A stretch of 50,884 nt of DNA, taken from an uncultured Verrucomicrobiota bacterium (lineage in GTDB: Bacteria > Verrucomicrobiota > Kiritimatiellia > CAIKKV01 > CAITUY01). Under the pieces are notes generated by a model. The model made no database searches, was not told the origin of the DNA, and saw nothing but the letters and a program-made list of their open reading frames with translations. Location of the stretch: assembly GCA_964458765.1 (NCBI GenBank), contig CAYWKN010000002.1:1-50884 (forward strand), read 5' to 3'. Positions within the stretch are counted from its first letter, which is position 1; every line of letters starts with the position of its first letter. The translations under genes and the position numbers were made by a program. Of this stretch, positions 9,466 to 20,984 are shown piece after piece.

Positions 9466-9684
9466 ATGACGGCGGAAATGACAGGTTCCATTGCGGTAAT
9501 CGGGGCGGGATTGGTAACGATTGGAGCGGGCATCGGCATCGGGCGTCTGGCGTCGGCAGCCATGGATGGGATGGCGCGTCAGCCGGAAATCGCGCCGAAG
9601 ATCCAGGTCACCATGCTGATCGCCGCGGCGCTGATCGAGGGCGTGGCGCTCTTCTGCGCCGTGATCTGCTTCCTGGACAAGTAG
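9466..9684 (+). CDS. atpE: ATP synthase F0 subunit c
   Basis: 72-aa hairpin protein: GAGIGIGRLASAAMDGMARQPE loop and AALIEGVALF carboxylate helix. ATG 9466 preceded by GAAGGGAG. Confidence 0.92.
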   Translation: MTAEMTGSIAVIGAGLVTIGAGIGIGRLASAAMDGMARQPEIAPKIQVTMLIAAALIEGVALFCAVICFLDK

Positions 9685-9690
9685 GGCGGC

Positions 9691-10248
9691 ATGGAGGGGG
9701 ATTTCCACACACAGGCCGTGACGGAAGCCGTTACGGCGGCGGGTCATGAAGCCGACGCGGGGCTGATCAACGTGTCCGGTCCCATGATGGGCCTGACGTG
9801 GGTCACGTTCGCCCTCGTGGCGTTGATCCTCTACAAGGTCGCCTGGAAGCCCATTCTCATCGCGCTGGATATGCGCGAGCAGGGCATCCGCCGGGCGCTG
9901 GAAGATGCCGAGAAGGCCCGCCGGGAAGCCGCCGCCAGCGAGGAGCGGAACCGGAAACTGATCCAGGACGCCGAACAGGAAGCCCGCCGGATCGTGGCCG
10001 AGGCCCGCGCCGCCGCGGAATCCGGCGCCCAGCAGCTTCGCGAGGAAGCGGAACAACGCGCCCGGAAACTGGCCGAGGAAACCCGCCGCGACATCGCCGC
10101 CGCCGCCGAACACGCCCGCGAAACGCTGCGCCGGGAGACCGCCGACCTGACTGTGCGGCTCACCGCCAAGGTGCTCGGCCGCAAGGTGGACGAAGCCGCC
10201 AACCGGGAACTCATCCAGGAATCGTTGCGGGAGATCGCCAAGTCATGA
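9691..10248 (+). CDS. atpF: ATP synthase F0 subunit b
   Basis: One N-terminal TM helix followed by a long charged A/E/R-rich helix. Operon position. Confidence 0.88.
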   Translation: MEGDFHTQAVTEAVTAAGHEADAGLINVSGPMMGLTWVTFALVALILYKVAWKPILIALDMREQGIRRALEDAEKARREAAASEERNRKLIQDAEQEARRIVAEARAAAESGAQQLREEAEQRARKLAEETRRDIAAAAEHARETLRRETADLTVRLTAKVLGRKVDEAANRELIQESLREIAKS

Positions 10249-10787
10249 CCCCCCGCCCCAAGACCGCCAGGCGCTATGCCCAGGCGCTCCTTTCGCTGGC
10301 CTTGGAATCGGACTCCGAACACCGGGTGGCCGCGGATATGGATCTCATGGCCCGCGCGCCGGCCGGCTCTCCGGAATTGACCGGGTTCCTGCGGAACACC
10401 CGCCTCCCGCGCGACGTCCGGCGCCGGACCCTGGAAGCGCTGTTCCGGAACCGCGTCCACCCCCTGACCTGGAAATTCCTGCTGCTCCTGGAAAGCAAGC
10501 GCCGCCTGGACCTGCTCCCGGAAATCGGCGCCGCGTTCCGTTCCCTGGACGATGCCCGCCGCGGCATCGCGCGGGGCGAACTGACCGCGGCTGCCCGCAC
10601 CGCCGATGATGCCGTGAATGCCATGGCGGCCCGTTTCAGCGCCCTCCTGCGCAAGACGGTGCTGTTGCAGCAACGCGAGAATCCCGCCCTGCTGGGTGGA
10701 TGCCGGGTCCAGGTGGGCGATCTTGTCTACGATTACAGCCTGGCGGCGCGCCTGCGCCTCGCCCGGCAGGCCCTGACCGGAACTTGA
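10245..10787 (+). CDS. atpH: ATP synthase F1 subunit delta (OSCP)
   Basis: ATGA overlap with the atpF stop. ARRYAQALLSLALE start is typical of delta/OSCP. ~180 aa. Confidence 0.85.
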   Translation: MTPRPKTARRYAQALLSLALESDSEHRVAADMDLMARAPAGSPELTGFLRNTRLPRDVRRRTLEALFRNRVHPLTWKFLLLLESKRRLDLLPEIGAAFRSLDDARRGIARGELTAAARTADDAVNAMAARFSALLRKTVLLQQRENPALLGGCRVQVGDLVYDYSLAARLRLARQALTGT

Positions 10788-10805
10788 CCGACGGGAGAAT
10801 ATGCT

Positions 10806-12323
10806 ATGGCCTTGGATTTGAGACCGGAAGAAATTACCTCGATACTGAAGAAACAGATCGGCGAGTTTGACGGAAAAGTCGAAATCTCCGAGGTCGGCAC
10901 CGTACTCAACATCGGCGATGGCATCGCCCATGTCCACGGCCTGGCGGGCGTCATGGCAGGGGAACTGGTGTCCTTCGAACGCGGCGGGGCCACCGGTCTG
11001 ACGCTGAACCTGGAGGAGGACAACGTCGGCGTGGCTGTCTTCGGCGAGGACAGTTCCATCCGGGAAGGCGATACCGTGCGCCGCACCGGGCAGATCGCCT
11101 CGGTCCCGGTCGGCGCCGCGCTGGCCGGCCGCATTCTCGACGCCCTCGGACGGCCGATCGACGGAGGCCCTGCCCTTGCCGCCGCCGAAACGCGCAAGAT
11201 CGAGCTCAAGGCGCCGGGCATCATTGACCGCGCGGACGTGCGGGAACCCCTCCAGACGGGCATCAAGGTCATTGACGCCCTGACTCCCATCGGGCGCGGG
11301 CAGCGGGAGCTGATCATCGGCGACCGCAAGACGGGCAAGACCTCCCTGGCCATAGACACCATCATCAACCAGCGCGGCGAGGACGTCGTGTGCTTCTACG
11401 TCGCCATCGGCCAGAAACGCTCCACCGTGGTCCAGGTGTGCGAGATTCTCAAGCGCCACGATGCCATGGAGTACACCACCGTGATTGCCGCCACGGCGTC
11501 CGATCCCGCCCCCATGCAGTTCCTGGCCCCCTATTCCGGCTGCGCCATGGCGGAGCACATCCGCGACAGCGGACGGCATGCCCTGATCATCTTCGATGAC
11601 CTGACCAAGCAGGCGCAGGCGTACCGCCAGCTCTCCCTGCTCCTGCGCAGGCCGCCCGGCCGCGAGGCGTTTCCCGGCGACATCTTCTACCTGCACAGCC
11701 GGCTTCTCGAACGCGCCGCCAAGCTCGGCCCCGCCCGCGGCGGCGGCAGCCTCACCGCGCTCCCCATCGTGGAAACCCAGGCGAACGACATTTCCGCCTA
11801 CATCCCCACCAATGTCATTTCCATCACCGACGGCCAGATCTTCCTGGAATCCGACGCCTTCAACGCCGGCCAGCGTCCCGCCATCAATCCCGGCATCTCG
11901 GTCTCGCGGGTCGGCGGCGATGCCCAGCTCAAGGCCATGAAGCAAACCGCCGGATCCCTGCGGCTCGACCTCGCCCAGTACCGCGAACTCGCCGGCTTCG
12001 CCCAGTTCGCCTCGGACATGGACGCGGCCACCCGGCGCCAGTTGGACCGCGGCCGCCGCCTCATGGAAATCATGAAGCAGGACGTCCACGTCACCATTCC
12101 CGTCGCCAAACAGGTGGCCATCGTCTACGCGGGGACCCAGGGATACCTGGACGGCATTCCCGTCAACAAGGTGCGTGAACTGGAAAGCGCCCTTTTCGAG
12201 ACGCTGGACCGTGAACCGGCCGAATACCTCCGGCTCTTCGCCCGGGACAAGGCCATGACGCCCGACGTCAAGGCCGCCCTGGAAGCCGTCCTGCAGCGGG
12301 TCGCCGTCAGGTCCCGAACATGA
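10806..12323 (+). CDS. atpA: ATP synthase F1 subunit alpha
   Basis: [18 protein letters not shown] Walker [30 protein letters not shown]. Confidence 0.97.
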   Translation: MALDLRPEEITSILKKQIGEFDGKVEISEVGTVLNIGDGIAHVHGLAGVMAGELVSFERGGATGLTLNLEEDNVGVAVFGEDSSIREGDTVRRTGQIASVPVGAALAGRILDALGRPIDGGPALAAAETRKIELKAPGIIDRADVREPLQTGIKVIDALTPIGRGQRELIIGDRKTGKTSLAIDTIINQRGEDVVCFYVAIGQKRSTVVQVCEILKRHDAMEYTTVIAATASDPAPMQFLAPYSGCAMAEHIRDSGRHALIIFDDLTKQAQAYRQLSLLLRRPPGREAFPGDIFYLHSRLLERAAKLGPARGGGSLTALPIVETQANDISAYIPTNVISITDGQIFLESDAFNAGQRPAINPGISVSRVGGDAQLKAMKQTAGSLRLDLAQYRELAGFAQFASDMDAATRRQLDRGRRLMEIMKQDVHVTIPVAKQVAIVYAGTQGYLDGIPVNKVRELESALFETLDREPAEYLRLFARDKAMTPDVKAALEAVLQRVAVRSRT

Positions 12324-12335
12324 CGCGGAGCGTCC

Positions 12336-14995
<2,660 letters not shown>

Positions 14996-14999
<4 letters not shown>

Positions 15000-15244
15000 A
15001 TACACCCGCTCCATCCGGAAAAAGACCGGCCATCAGCGCCATGGCCGCGGGCTTCCAGTTCGCCGTCTGTATCCTGCTCCCCGTCTGGGCGGGCATCTAT
15101 ATTGACCGGCACCAGAAGACCCACCCCTGGGGCCTCGTCACGGGGTTCATCCTCGGCCTGGTTGTGGGCACCTGGAGCGTTTTTGTGCCGCTGTGGCGCG
15201 AGTCGGATTCCCACGTCCCCAAGCCGCGGGACGAGGACGAGTAG
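14996..15244 (+). CDS. Second AtpZ/AtpI-like small membrane protein
   Basis: ATG 14996 overlaps the atpC stop. AAGFQFAVCILLPVWAGIYIDRHQKTHPWGLVTGFILGLVVG has the same two-helix pattern as the 8151..8450 product. Confidence 0.6.
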
Positions 15245-15307
15245 GCCGCGCGAACGCCATTTTCTTCCTTTCGTGTGCCGCGTGTTTTTCGTAGGGTTCC
15301 CGCCGTC

Positions 15308-15865
15308 ATGCAGCCCATTCCACAACCTGTCCGGATGCCGTGCGTCTTCTTCGACCGCGATGGCATCGTGAACCGGTCCCCCGGACCCGGCTATGTGGAG
15401 CGCTGGGAGGATTTCCACCTCCTGCCGGAATTCCCCGCGGTTCTGGCGACCGTCACGCGACTGGGCTATGCCGCCGTCATCGTCACCAACCAGCGCGGGG
15501 TGGCGCTCGGGAACATGACGCTCGAAACAGTGCAGGAGATCCACCGGCGCCTTCGGGATGTCCTCCGGACCCGTCATGGACTGGAGATCCTGGACGTTCT
15601 GTGCTGTCCCCACGACCGGGACGAGTGCGACTGCCGCAAACCGAAACCCGGCATGCTGCTCGAAGCCGCCCGGCGCCACAGCCTGGACCTCGCCCGCTCG
15701 TGGATGATCGGCGATTCCGCCAAGGACGTCGAGGCCGGCCGGGCCGCGGGCTGCCGCACCATTCTGGTCGGCGACGCCGAGCCGCCGGCCCCGCCGCCGG
15801 ACCACCGTTTCGCCAATATGTCCGCGCTGGCCTCCGGCATTGCCAAACTCCTTGCGGCAGGCTAA
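15308..15865 (+). CDS. gmhB: D-glycero-D-manno-heptose 1,7-bisphosphate phosphatase-like HAD hydrolase
   Basis: FFDRDGIVN (HAD motif I), VTNQ, Zn-finger-like CPHDRDECDCRKPKPGML, IGDSAKDVEAGRAAG. Alternative starts GTG 15275 and ATG 15335. Confidence 0.8.
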   Translation: MQPIPQPVRMPCVFFDRDGIVNRSPGPGYVERWEDFHLLPEFPAVLATVTRLGYAAVIVTNQRGVALGNMTLETVQEIHRRLRDVLRTRHGLEILDVLCCPHDRDECDCRKPKPGMLLEAARRHSLDLARSWMIGDSAKDVEAGRAAGCRTILVGDAEPPAPPPDHRFANMSALASGIAKLLAAG

Positions 15866-15922
15866 CCTGCAGGGAATTGTACGCATGGGATTGCAGGGAA
15901 CCGGACTGTCAGGGGAAACACC

Positions 15923-17845
15923 ATGAAACTATTCGTACCGGGACGGATTTGCCTCTTCGGTGAACACAGCGACTGGGCGGGAAGTTACCGCCGCATCAAC
16001 GGCGCCCTGGAAAAGGGCTATACCATCATCACCGGCACCAACCAGGGGATCCACGCCGAGGTCAAACCCCACCCCTCGAAACTCATCGTCCGGTCCACCC
16101 TCAGCGACGGCACCCCCTTCGGTCCGTTTGAAGTGCCCATGGACCGCGAGGCCCTCCTCGCCGAAGCGCAGAAGGGCGGATTCTTCAGCTACGCCGCGGG
16201 CGTCGCCTACCAGGTGCTCACGCACTACCGCGTCCGCGGCATGGAAATCAACAATACCCTGACGGACCTTCCCATCAAGAAGGGGCTTTCCTCCAGCGCC
16301 GCCGCCTGCGTCCTCGTGGCCCGCGCCTTCAACCGCCTGTACGATCTCAAGATGACCGTCCGGGGCGAAATGGAGTTCGCCTACCTCGGCGAAATCACCA
16401 CCCCCTCCCGCTGCGGCCGCATGGACCAGGGATGCGCCTACGGGAACCGTCCCACCCTCATGACGTTCGACGGCGACCGGATCGACGTGGACGAGCTTTC
16501 CATCCCCAACGACCTTCACTTTGTGATCGTGGACCTGCACGTCGGCAAGGATACGAAGGAAATCCTCAACCGCCTGAACCATTGCTACCCGTTCGCCGAA
16601 GGCGAGGTCCAGCGCGGCGTGCAGCAATATCTCGGCCCCATCAGCGCCGGGATCACCCACCGGGCCGCGCAGGCCCTGCGGGAAGGCGACGCCCGGGCCA
16701 TTGGCGCCCTCATGCGCGAAGCCCAGGCCAGTTTCGACAAGTACTGCATACCCGCCTGCCCCTCGCAGCTCACCTCGCCGGTGCTTCACAAGACGCTGGC
16801 GCATCCGGCCCTGCAGCCGCATATCCTCGGCGGCAAGGGCGTCGGTTCCCAGGGCGACGGCGCCGCCCAGTTCATCGTCCGCGACGCCGAGGCCCAGGAA
16901 AAGGCCATCGCCGTCATCGAGCGCGAGCTGGGATTGTCCTGCCTGCGCCTGGTCATCCAGGGAGGCCACCGGGTTCGGAAAGCCGTCATCCCCGCCGCCG
17001 GCTTCGGCACCCGCTTGTTCCCGGCCACCAAGGCGCTCAAGAAGGAAATGTTCCCCGTGATGGACCGCTCCGGGCGAATCAAGCCCGCCATCCTCGCCAT
17101 CGTCGAGGAAGCCGTGAACTCCGGCATCGAGGACGTGGGCCTGATCGTGCAGACATCCGACAAGGATCTGTTCGAGGACTTCTTCAACGCGCCCCCGCCC
17201 ATCGAGAACTTCAACAAGCTTTCCCGCGAGAACCAGGAATACAGCCGTTATCTTCTGGATGTCGGGCGCCGGGTGCACCTGCTGACCCAGGATGTCCAGG
17301 AGGGATTCGGGCACGCGGTCCACTGCTCCCGCAAGTTTGTCGGCAAGGAGCCGTTCCTGCTCCTGCTGGGCGATCATCTCTATGCGTCCGACACCGACCG
17401 TTCCTGTGTGGGCCAGTTGCTGGACGTCTATGAGCGGACCGGACGCAGCGTGGTCGGCCTCAAGGTGATGCCCGGGCGGGAGGTCGGCAATTTCGGCTGC
17501 GTGACCGGAATCTGGCAGAAGGAAGGCGAGATCCTGAACATCACGGAATTCGTCGAAAAACCGGATATCGAGTATGCCCGCAGCAACCTGCAGGTGGAGG
17601 GCCTGCCGGCGGACAGTTTCCTGACCATCTTCGGCATCTACATCCTCAAGCCGGAGGTGTTCGAGCTGCTGGATCACAACATCACCCGCAACCTCCGGGA
17701 GCGCGGCGAATTCCAACTGACGTCGTGCCTGGATGAACTGCGCAAGCTCGACGGGTTCACCGGTTGCGTCCTCAAGGGCCGCCGCTTCGACATCGGCCTC
17801 CCCGAAGCCTACCGCCAGACAATGATCGATTTCCGCAACGCGTAA
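15923..17845 (+). CDS. Fusion protein: N-terminal GHMP sugar kinase + C-terminal GalU-like sugar-1-phosphate nucleotidyltransferase
   Basis: PGRICLFGEHSDW (GHMP motif I), PIKKGLSSSAAACV (motif II), GGKGVGSQGDG (motif III). From about aa 350: KAVIPAAGFGTRLFPATKALKKEMFPV (GalU/NTP-transferase signature). Confidence 0.8.
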   Translation: MKLFVPGRICLFGEHSDWAGSYRRINGALEKGYTIITGTNQGIHAEVKPHPSKLIVRSTLSDGTPFGPFEVPMDREALLAEAQKGGFFSYAAGVAYQVLTHYRVRGMEINNTLTDLPIKKGLSSSAAACVLVARAFNRLYDLKMTVRGEMEFAYLGEITTPSRCGRMDQGCAYGNRPTLMTFDGDRIDVDELSIPNDLHFVIVDLHVGKDTKEILNRLNHCYPFAEGEVQRGVQQYLGPISAGITHRAAQALREGDARAIGALMREAQASFDKYCIPACPSQLTSPVLHKTLAHPALQPHILGGKGVGSQGDGAAQFIVRDAEAQEKAIAVIERELGLSCLRLVIQGGHRVRKAVIPAAGFGTRLFPATKALKKEMFPVMDRSGRIKPAILAIVEEAVNSGIEDVGLIVQTSDKDLFEDFFNAPPPIENFNKLSRENQEYSRYLLDVGRRVHLLTQDVQEGFGHAVHCSRKFVGKEPFLLLLGDHLYASDTDRSCVGQLLDVYERTGRSVVGLKVMPGREVGNFGCVTGIWQKEGEILNITEFVEKPDIEYARSNLQVEGLPADSFLTIFGIYILKPEVFELLDHNITRNLRERGEFQLTSCLDELRKLDGFTGCVLKGRRFDIGLPEAYRQTMIDFRNA

Positions 17846-17868
17846 CCGGGAAGGCCCTGAAAAAAGCC

Positions 17869-17900
17869 TTGACGCGTACACTATGTTATATCATAGTGTA
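17869..17900 (+). promoter_or_regulatory. Promoter-like hexamers overlapping a 9-6-9 perfect inverted repeat, directly upstream of hsdM
   Basis: TTGACG (17869-17874), 17 nt, CATAGT (17892-17897). Palindrome TACACTATG-ttatat-CATAGTGTA at 17877-17900, 3 nt before ATG 17904. The function is inferred. Confidence 0.4.
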
Positions 17901-17903
17901 TGC

Positions 17904-19724
17904 ATGATTACACCTGATCTTGCCAAAACCGTGCGGATTTTGCGGTCACGACTGCAACTCAGCCAGGAACAACTCGCCCAGCGGCTCAACGTCTCTTTCG
18001 CCACCGTCAACCGCTGGGAAAACGGAAAATCCGAACCCCAGGGTGCGACACGGGACGCTCTCCAAGCGCTTCTTGACGAAGTCGGCGAAGGCGAATTGGG
18101 GCTCCGCACGGAATCGGTCCAGGAAACCATCCCCGCGCGCCGGAAGCGGGGCACCGCCCGGAGCAATGTGCTTTCCACCAAGTCCATGGAACAAATGCTC
18201 TGGGATGCCGCCTGTTCCATCCGCGGGGAAAAGGACGCCCCCAAGTTCAAGGATTACATCCTCCCCCTGGTCTTCATCAAACGCCTGTCGGATGTCTTCG
18301 AGGACGAAGTGCAGCGACTGACCGAAACCTATGGCGACGCCAAGACCGCCTTGGAGATTCTTGAGTCCGACCACACCCTGGTCCGATTCTATATCCCACC
18401 GGAAGCCCGGTGGCCGGTCGTCAGCGGTCGCCAACCCTTCGCCTGGCCCGCCAACCACAAGCCCAAGACGCTGGGCGAACAACTCACCACCACGATCCGC
18501 GCCATCGTCAAGCAGAACCAAAGCCTGAGCGGCGTCATCGATATCGTGGACTTCAACGAGACCCGCAACGGCGAGCGCGAAATCAGCGACAAGGCCTTGT
18601 CCGGCGTCATCGAAACCCTTTCCGACCCCCGTTACCGGATGGGCCTGCACGATGTCGAACCGGATTTCCTCGGCCGCGCCTACGAATACCTCCTGCGCAA
18701 GTTCGCCGAGGGCCAGGGCCAGAGCGCCGGGGAGTTCTTCACCCCGCAGGAAGTCGGGTGGCTCATGGCCTACATCGTGCGGCCACGACAGGGCGAGAAC
18801 GTTTACGATTACGCCTGCGGCTCCGCCGGCCTCCTCATCAAGTGCGAATTGGCTCTGCAACAACGCGAACGCCGCATCTCGCGTCCGCTCAAACTCTACG
18901 GACAGGAACTCACCGGCTCCAGTTATGCCATCGCCCGCATGAACATGGTCGTCCACGACATGGAGGGCGAAATCGTCCGCGGCAATTCGATGACCAACCC
19001 CAAGTTCCGCGACTCGGATACCCGGCTCCGGAAATTCGACATTGTCGTGGCCAACCCCATGTGGAACCAGCCGTTCGAGGAGTCCACCTTCCAGAACGAT
19101 CCCTTCGCACGGTTCGAGGAACAGGGCGGTCTCCCCGGCGGCAAGGCCGACTGGGCCTGGCTCCAGCACACGCTGGCCTCCCTCAATCCGACCGGGCGCG
19201 CCGCCGTCGTGCTGGATACCGGCGCCGTCACCCGCGGCAGCGGCAGCCGCAACGAGGACAAGGAGAAACGCGTCCGCAAGTGGTTCGTCGACCAGGACGT
19301 CATCGAGGGCGTGATCCTTCTGCCCGACAATCTTTTCTACAACACCAGCGCGCCCGGCATCATTGTGGTGCTCAACCGCGCCAAACCGGCCTCGCGCAAG
19401 GACCGGATCATCCTGGTCAACGCCGGGGCCGAGTTCAAGAAGGGCCAGCCCAAGAACTTCATTCCCGAGCCCGGCATCCGGAAAATCGCCGATGCCTTTA
19501 TCAAGGCGGAGGACGTGCCGAACTTCGTCAAGGTCATCCCCACCGCCGAGGCGGTCCGGAACGACTACAACCTCTCCCCGTCCCGCTACGTGGGAGTGGC
19601 CACCGAGGAAGTTTACCGCGAGATTCCGGAGATCGTGGCGGAATTGCGCCAGCATGAGGCCAAGGCCGCCAAGGTCGGCAAGGAACTGGCGCGGATACTC
19701 AAACAGATCGGGGTAGCGGGATGA
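17904..19724 (+). CDS. hsdM: Type I restriction-modification methyltransferase subunit with N-terminal XRE-type HTH domain
   Basis: N-terminus LRSRLQLSQEQLAQRLNVSFATVNRWENGKSEP (HTH_3-like). HsdM_N-like region (MLWDAACSIRGEKDAPKFKDYILPLVFIKRLSD). SAM motif YDYACGSAGLL. Motif IV region VVANPMWNQ. Alternative ATG 17883 lies inside the palindrome. Confidence 0.93.
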   Translation: MITPDLAKTVRILRSRLQLSQEQLAQRLNVSFATVNRWENGKSEPQGATRDALQALLDEVGEGELGLRTESVQETIPARRKRGTARSNVLSTKSMEQMLWDAACSIRGEKDAPKFKDYILPLVFIKRLSDVFEDEVQRLTETYGDAKTALEILESDHTLVRFYIPPEARWPVVSGRQPFAWPANHKPKTLGEQLTTTIRAIVKQNQSLSGVIDIVDFNETRNGEREISDKALSGVIETLSDPRYRMGLHDVEPDFLGRAYEYLLRKFAEGQGQSAGEFFTPQEVGWLMAYIVRPRQGENVYDYACGSAGLLIKCELALQQRERRISRPLKLYGQELTGSSYAIARMNMVVHDMEGEIVRGNSMTNPKFRDSDTRLRKFDIVVANPMWNQPFEESTFQNDPFARFEEQGGLPGGKADWAWLQHTLASLNPTGRAAVVLDTGAVTRGSGSRNEDKEKRVRKWFVDQDVIEGVILLPDNLFYNTSAPGIIVVLNRAKPASRKDRIILVNAGAEFKKGQPKNFIPEPGIRKIADAFIKAEDVPNFVKVIPTAEAVRNDYNLSPSRYVGVATEEVYREIPEIVAELRQHEAKAAKVGKELARILKQIGVAG

Positions 19725-20908
19725 AAGCAAAGCGGGAAAAGCAGGTGCCTTCGCTTCTCCAGGTAAAACGTAACTCGGATGCCGTCGCCCAAGAAGAGAC
19801 AGGCAATTATCGGGACATGCTCGATGGCGTGATCCTCTTAATTAAGGAGGGCCGCCAGGTATCCGCCCGCACAGTGGACACCGTGATGACAGCGACATAT
19901 TGGTTGGTTGGGCGGCACATTGTGGAATTCGAGCAACAAGGCAACCCGCGCGCCCCATACGGTGTCGAATTGCTAAAACGCCTGGCAAATGACTTGAAGT
20001 CCCATTTTCAACGGGGCTTCGACGTGGACAACCTCCAGCGGATGCGCCGTTTCTACCTCGCATATGTTTCCGCCGAAAATTACGCGACACTGTCGCGTAA
20101 ATCCGACAGCAGAACACCGGCAAATTACGCGACAGTGTCGCGTAATTCATTGCCACCGCGTCTCGCAAGTCTCACGGCCCGCTTCCCATTGCCATGGTCC
20201 GCCTATGTCCGCCTGCTCTCGGTGAAAAACGAACACGCCCGGCGCTTCTACGAAACCGAAGCCATGCGGGGCGGATGGGGAGCCCGCCAACTCAACCGCC
20301 AAATTGACGCCCTTTTCTATGAGCGCACAGCCTTGTCCACAAACAAGGCAAAAATGCTGAAAGAAGGCGCGAAACCCCACCAAGGGGAAGAGCCCGCCGC
20401 CGAGGAACACATCAAGAATCCCTATGTGCTGGAGTTCCTGGGACTCAAGGATGAATATTCCGAAAACGATATCGAAGAAGCATTGATCCTGCATCTCGAA
20501 AGGTTCCTTTTGGAACTGGGGGGGGATTTCGCTTTTGTCGGACGGCAACGCCGGTTGCGCGTGGGTGACGAGTGGTATCGCATTGATCTGCTTTTCTACC
20601 ATCGCAGGCTACGTTGTCTGGTCATCATTGACCTGAAACGCGGCAAGTTTACCCATGCCGACGCCGGTCAAATGCACCTCTATCTCAATTATGCGCGGGA
20701 GCATTGGACCCTGCCCGGCGAAAACCCACCTGTTGGCCTTATTCTCTGCACACACAAGGATGAAGCCCTTGCCCATTATGCATTGGAAGGTCTACCCAAC
20801 AAAGTTCTGACCGCCGAGTATCGCACAACCCTGCCTGAGGAATCCGTGATAGCCGCCGAACTCGACCACACTCGCCGCCTTCTGGAAGCGCGGGAGAAGA
20901 AAGCATGA
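19721..20908 (+). CDS. DUF1016/YhcG-family PD-(D/E)xK nuclease-like protein
   Basis: ATGA overlap with the hsdM stop. NPYVLEFLGL...DIEEALILHLERFLLELGGDFAFVGRQRRL...YRIDLLFYHRRLRCLVIIDLKRGKFTHADAGQMHLYLNY matches the YhcG C-terminal nuclease-like core. Lower GC (28/60 in a sample line). Confidence 0.85.
   Translation: MKAKREKQVPSLLQVKRNSDAVAQEETGNYRDMLDGVILLIKEGRQVSARTVDTVMTATYWLVGRHIVEFEQQGNPRAPYGVELLKRLANDLKSHFQRGFDVDNLQRMRRFYLAYVSAENYATLSRKSDSRTPANYATVSRNSLPPRLASLTARFPLPWSAYVRLLSVKNEHARRFYETEAMRGGWGARQLNRQIDALFYERTALSTNKAKMLKEGAKPHQGEEPAAEEHIKNPYVLEFLGLKDEYSENDIEEALILHLERFLLELGGDFAFVGRQRRLRVGDEWYRIDLLFYHRRLRCLVIIDLKRGKFTHADAGQMHLYLNYAREHWTLPGENPPVGLILCTHKDEALAHYALEGLPNKVLTAEYRTTLPEESVIAAELDHTRRLLEAREKKA
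20080..20147. repeat. Twin perfect palindromes TTACGCGACA-N-TGTCGCGTAA inside the DUF1016 gene
   Basis: 20080-20100 ttacgcgacaCtgtcgcgtaa and 20125-20145 ttacgcgacaGtgtcgcgtaa. The second extends to a 25-bp palindrome at 20123-20147. Centres are 45 bp apart, and the copies are exact reverse complements of each other. Confidence 0.9.
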
Positions 20909-20984
20909 ACAAGGCAAAAACAACCCTTCCGCGCTCCGCCTCTCTCGCGCCACCTACTAACGCGCACCACGCTGCAAACTTGAA

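Noticed and set aside
17841-17850. Direct repeat CGTAACCGGG (17841) / CGTAACCCGG (29091) flanking the RM island as att-like target duplication
   Set aside because: Only a 7-nt exact match. Both copies include the stop codons of flanking genes. Given the search tolerance such a match is expected by chance, and no integrase is present.
15929-19730. Long minus-strand ORFs 15929..17881 (650 aa) and 17946..19730 (594 aa)
   Set aside because: They are antisense to the kinase/nucleotidyltransferase fusion and to hsdM, both of which carry clear catalytic motifs. The translations are G/A/D/E/H/L-rich with no motifs.
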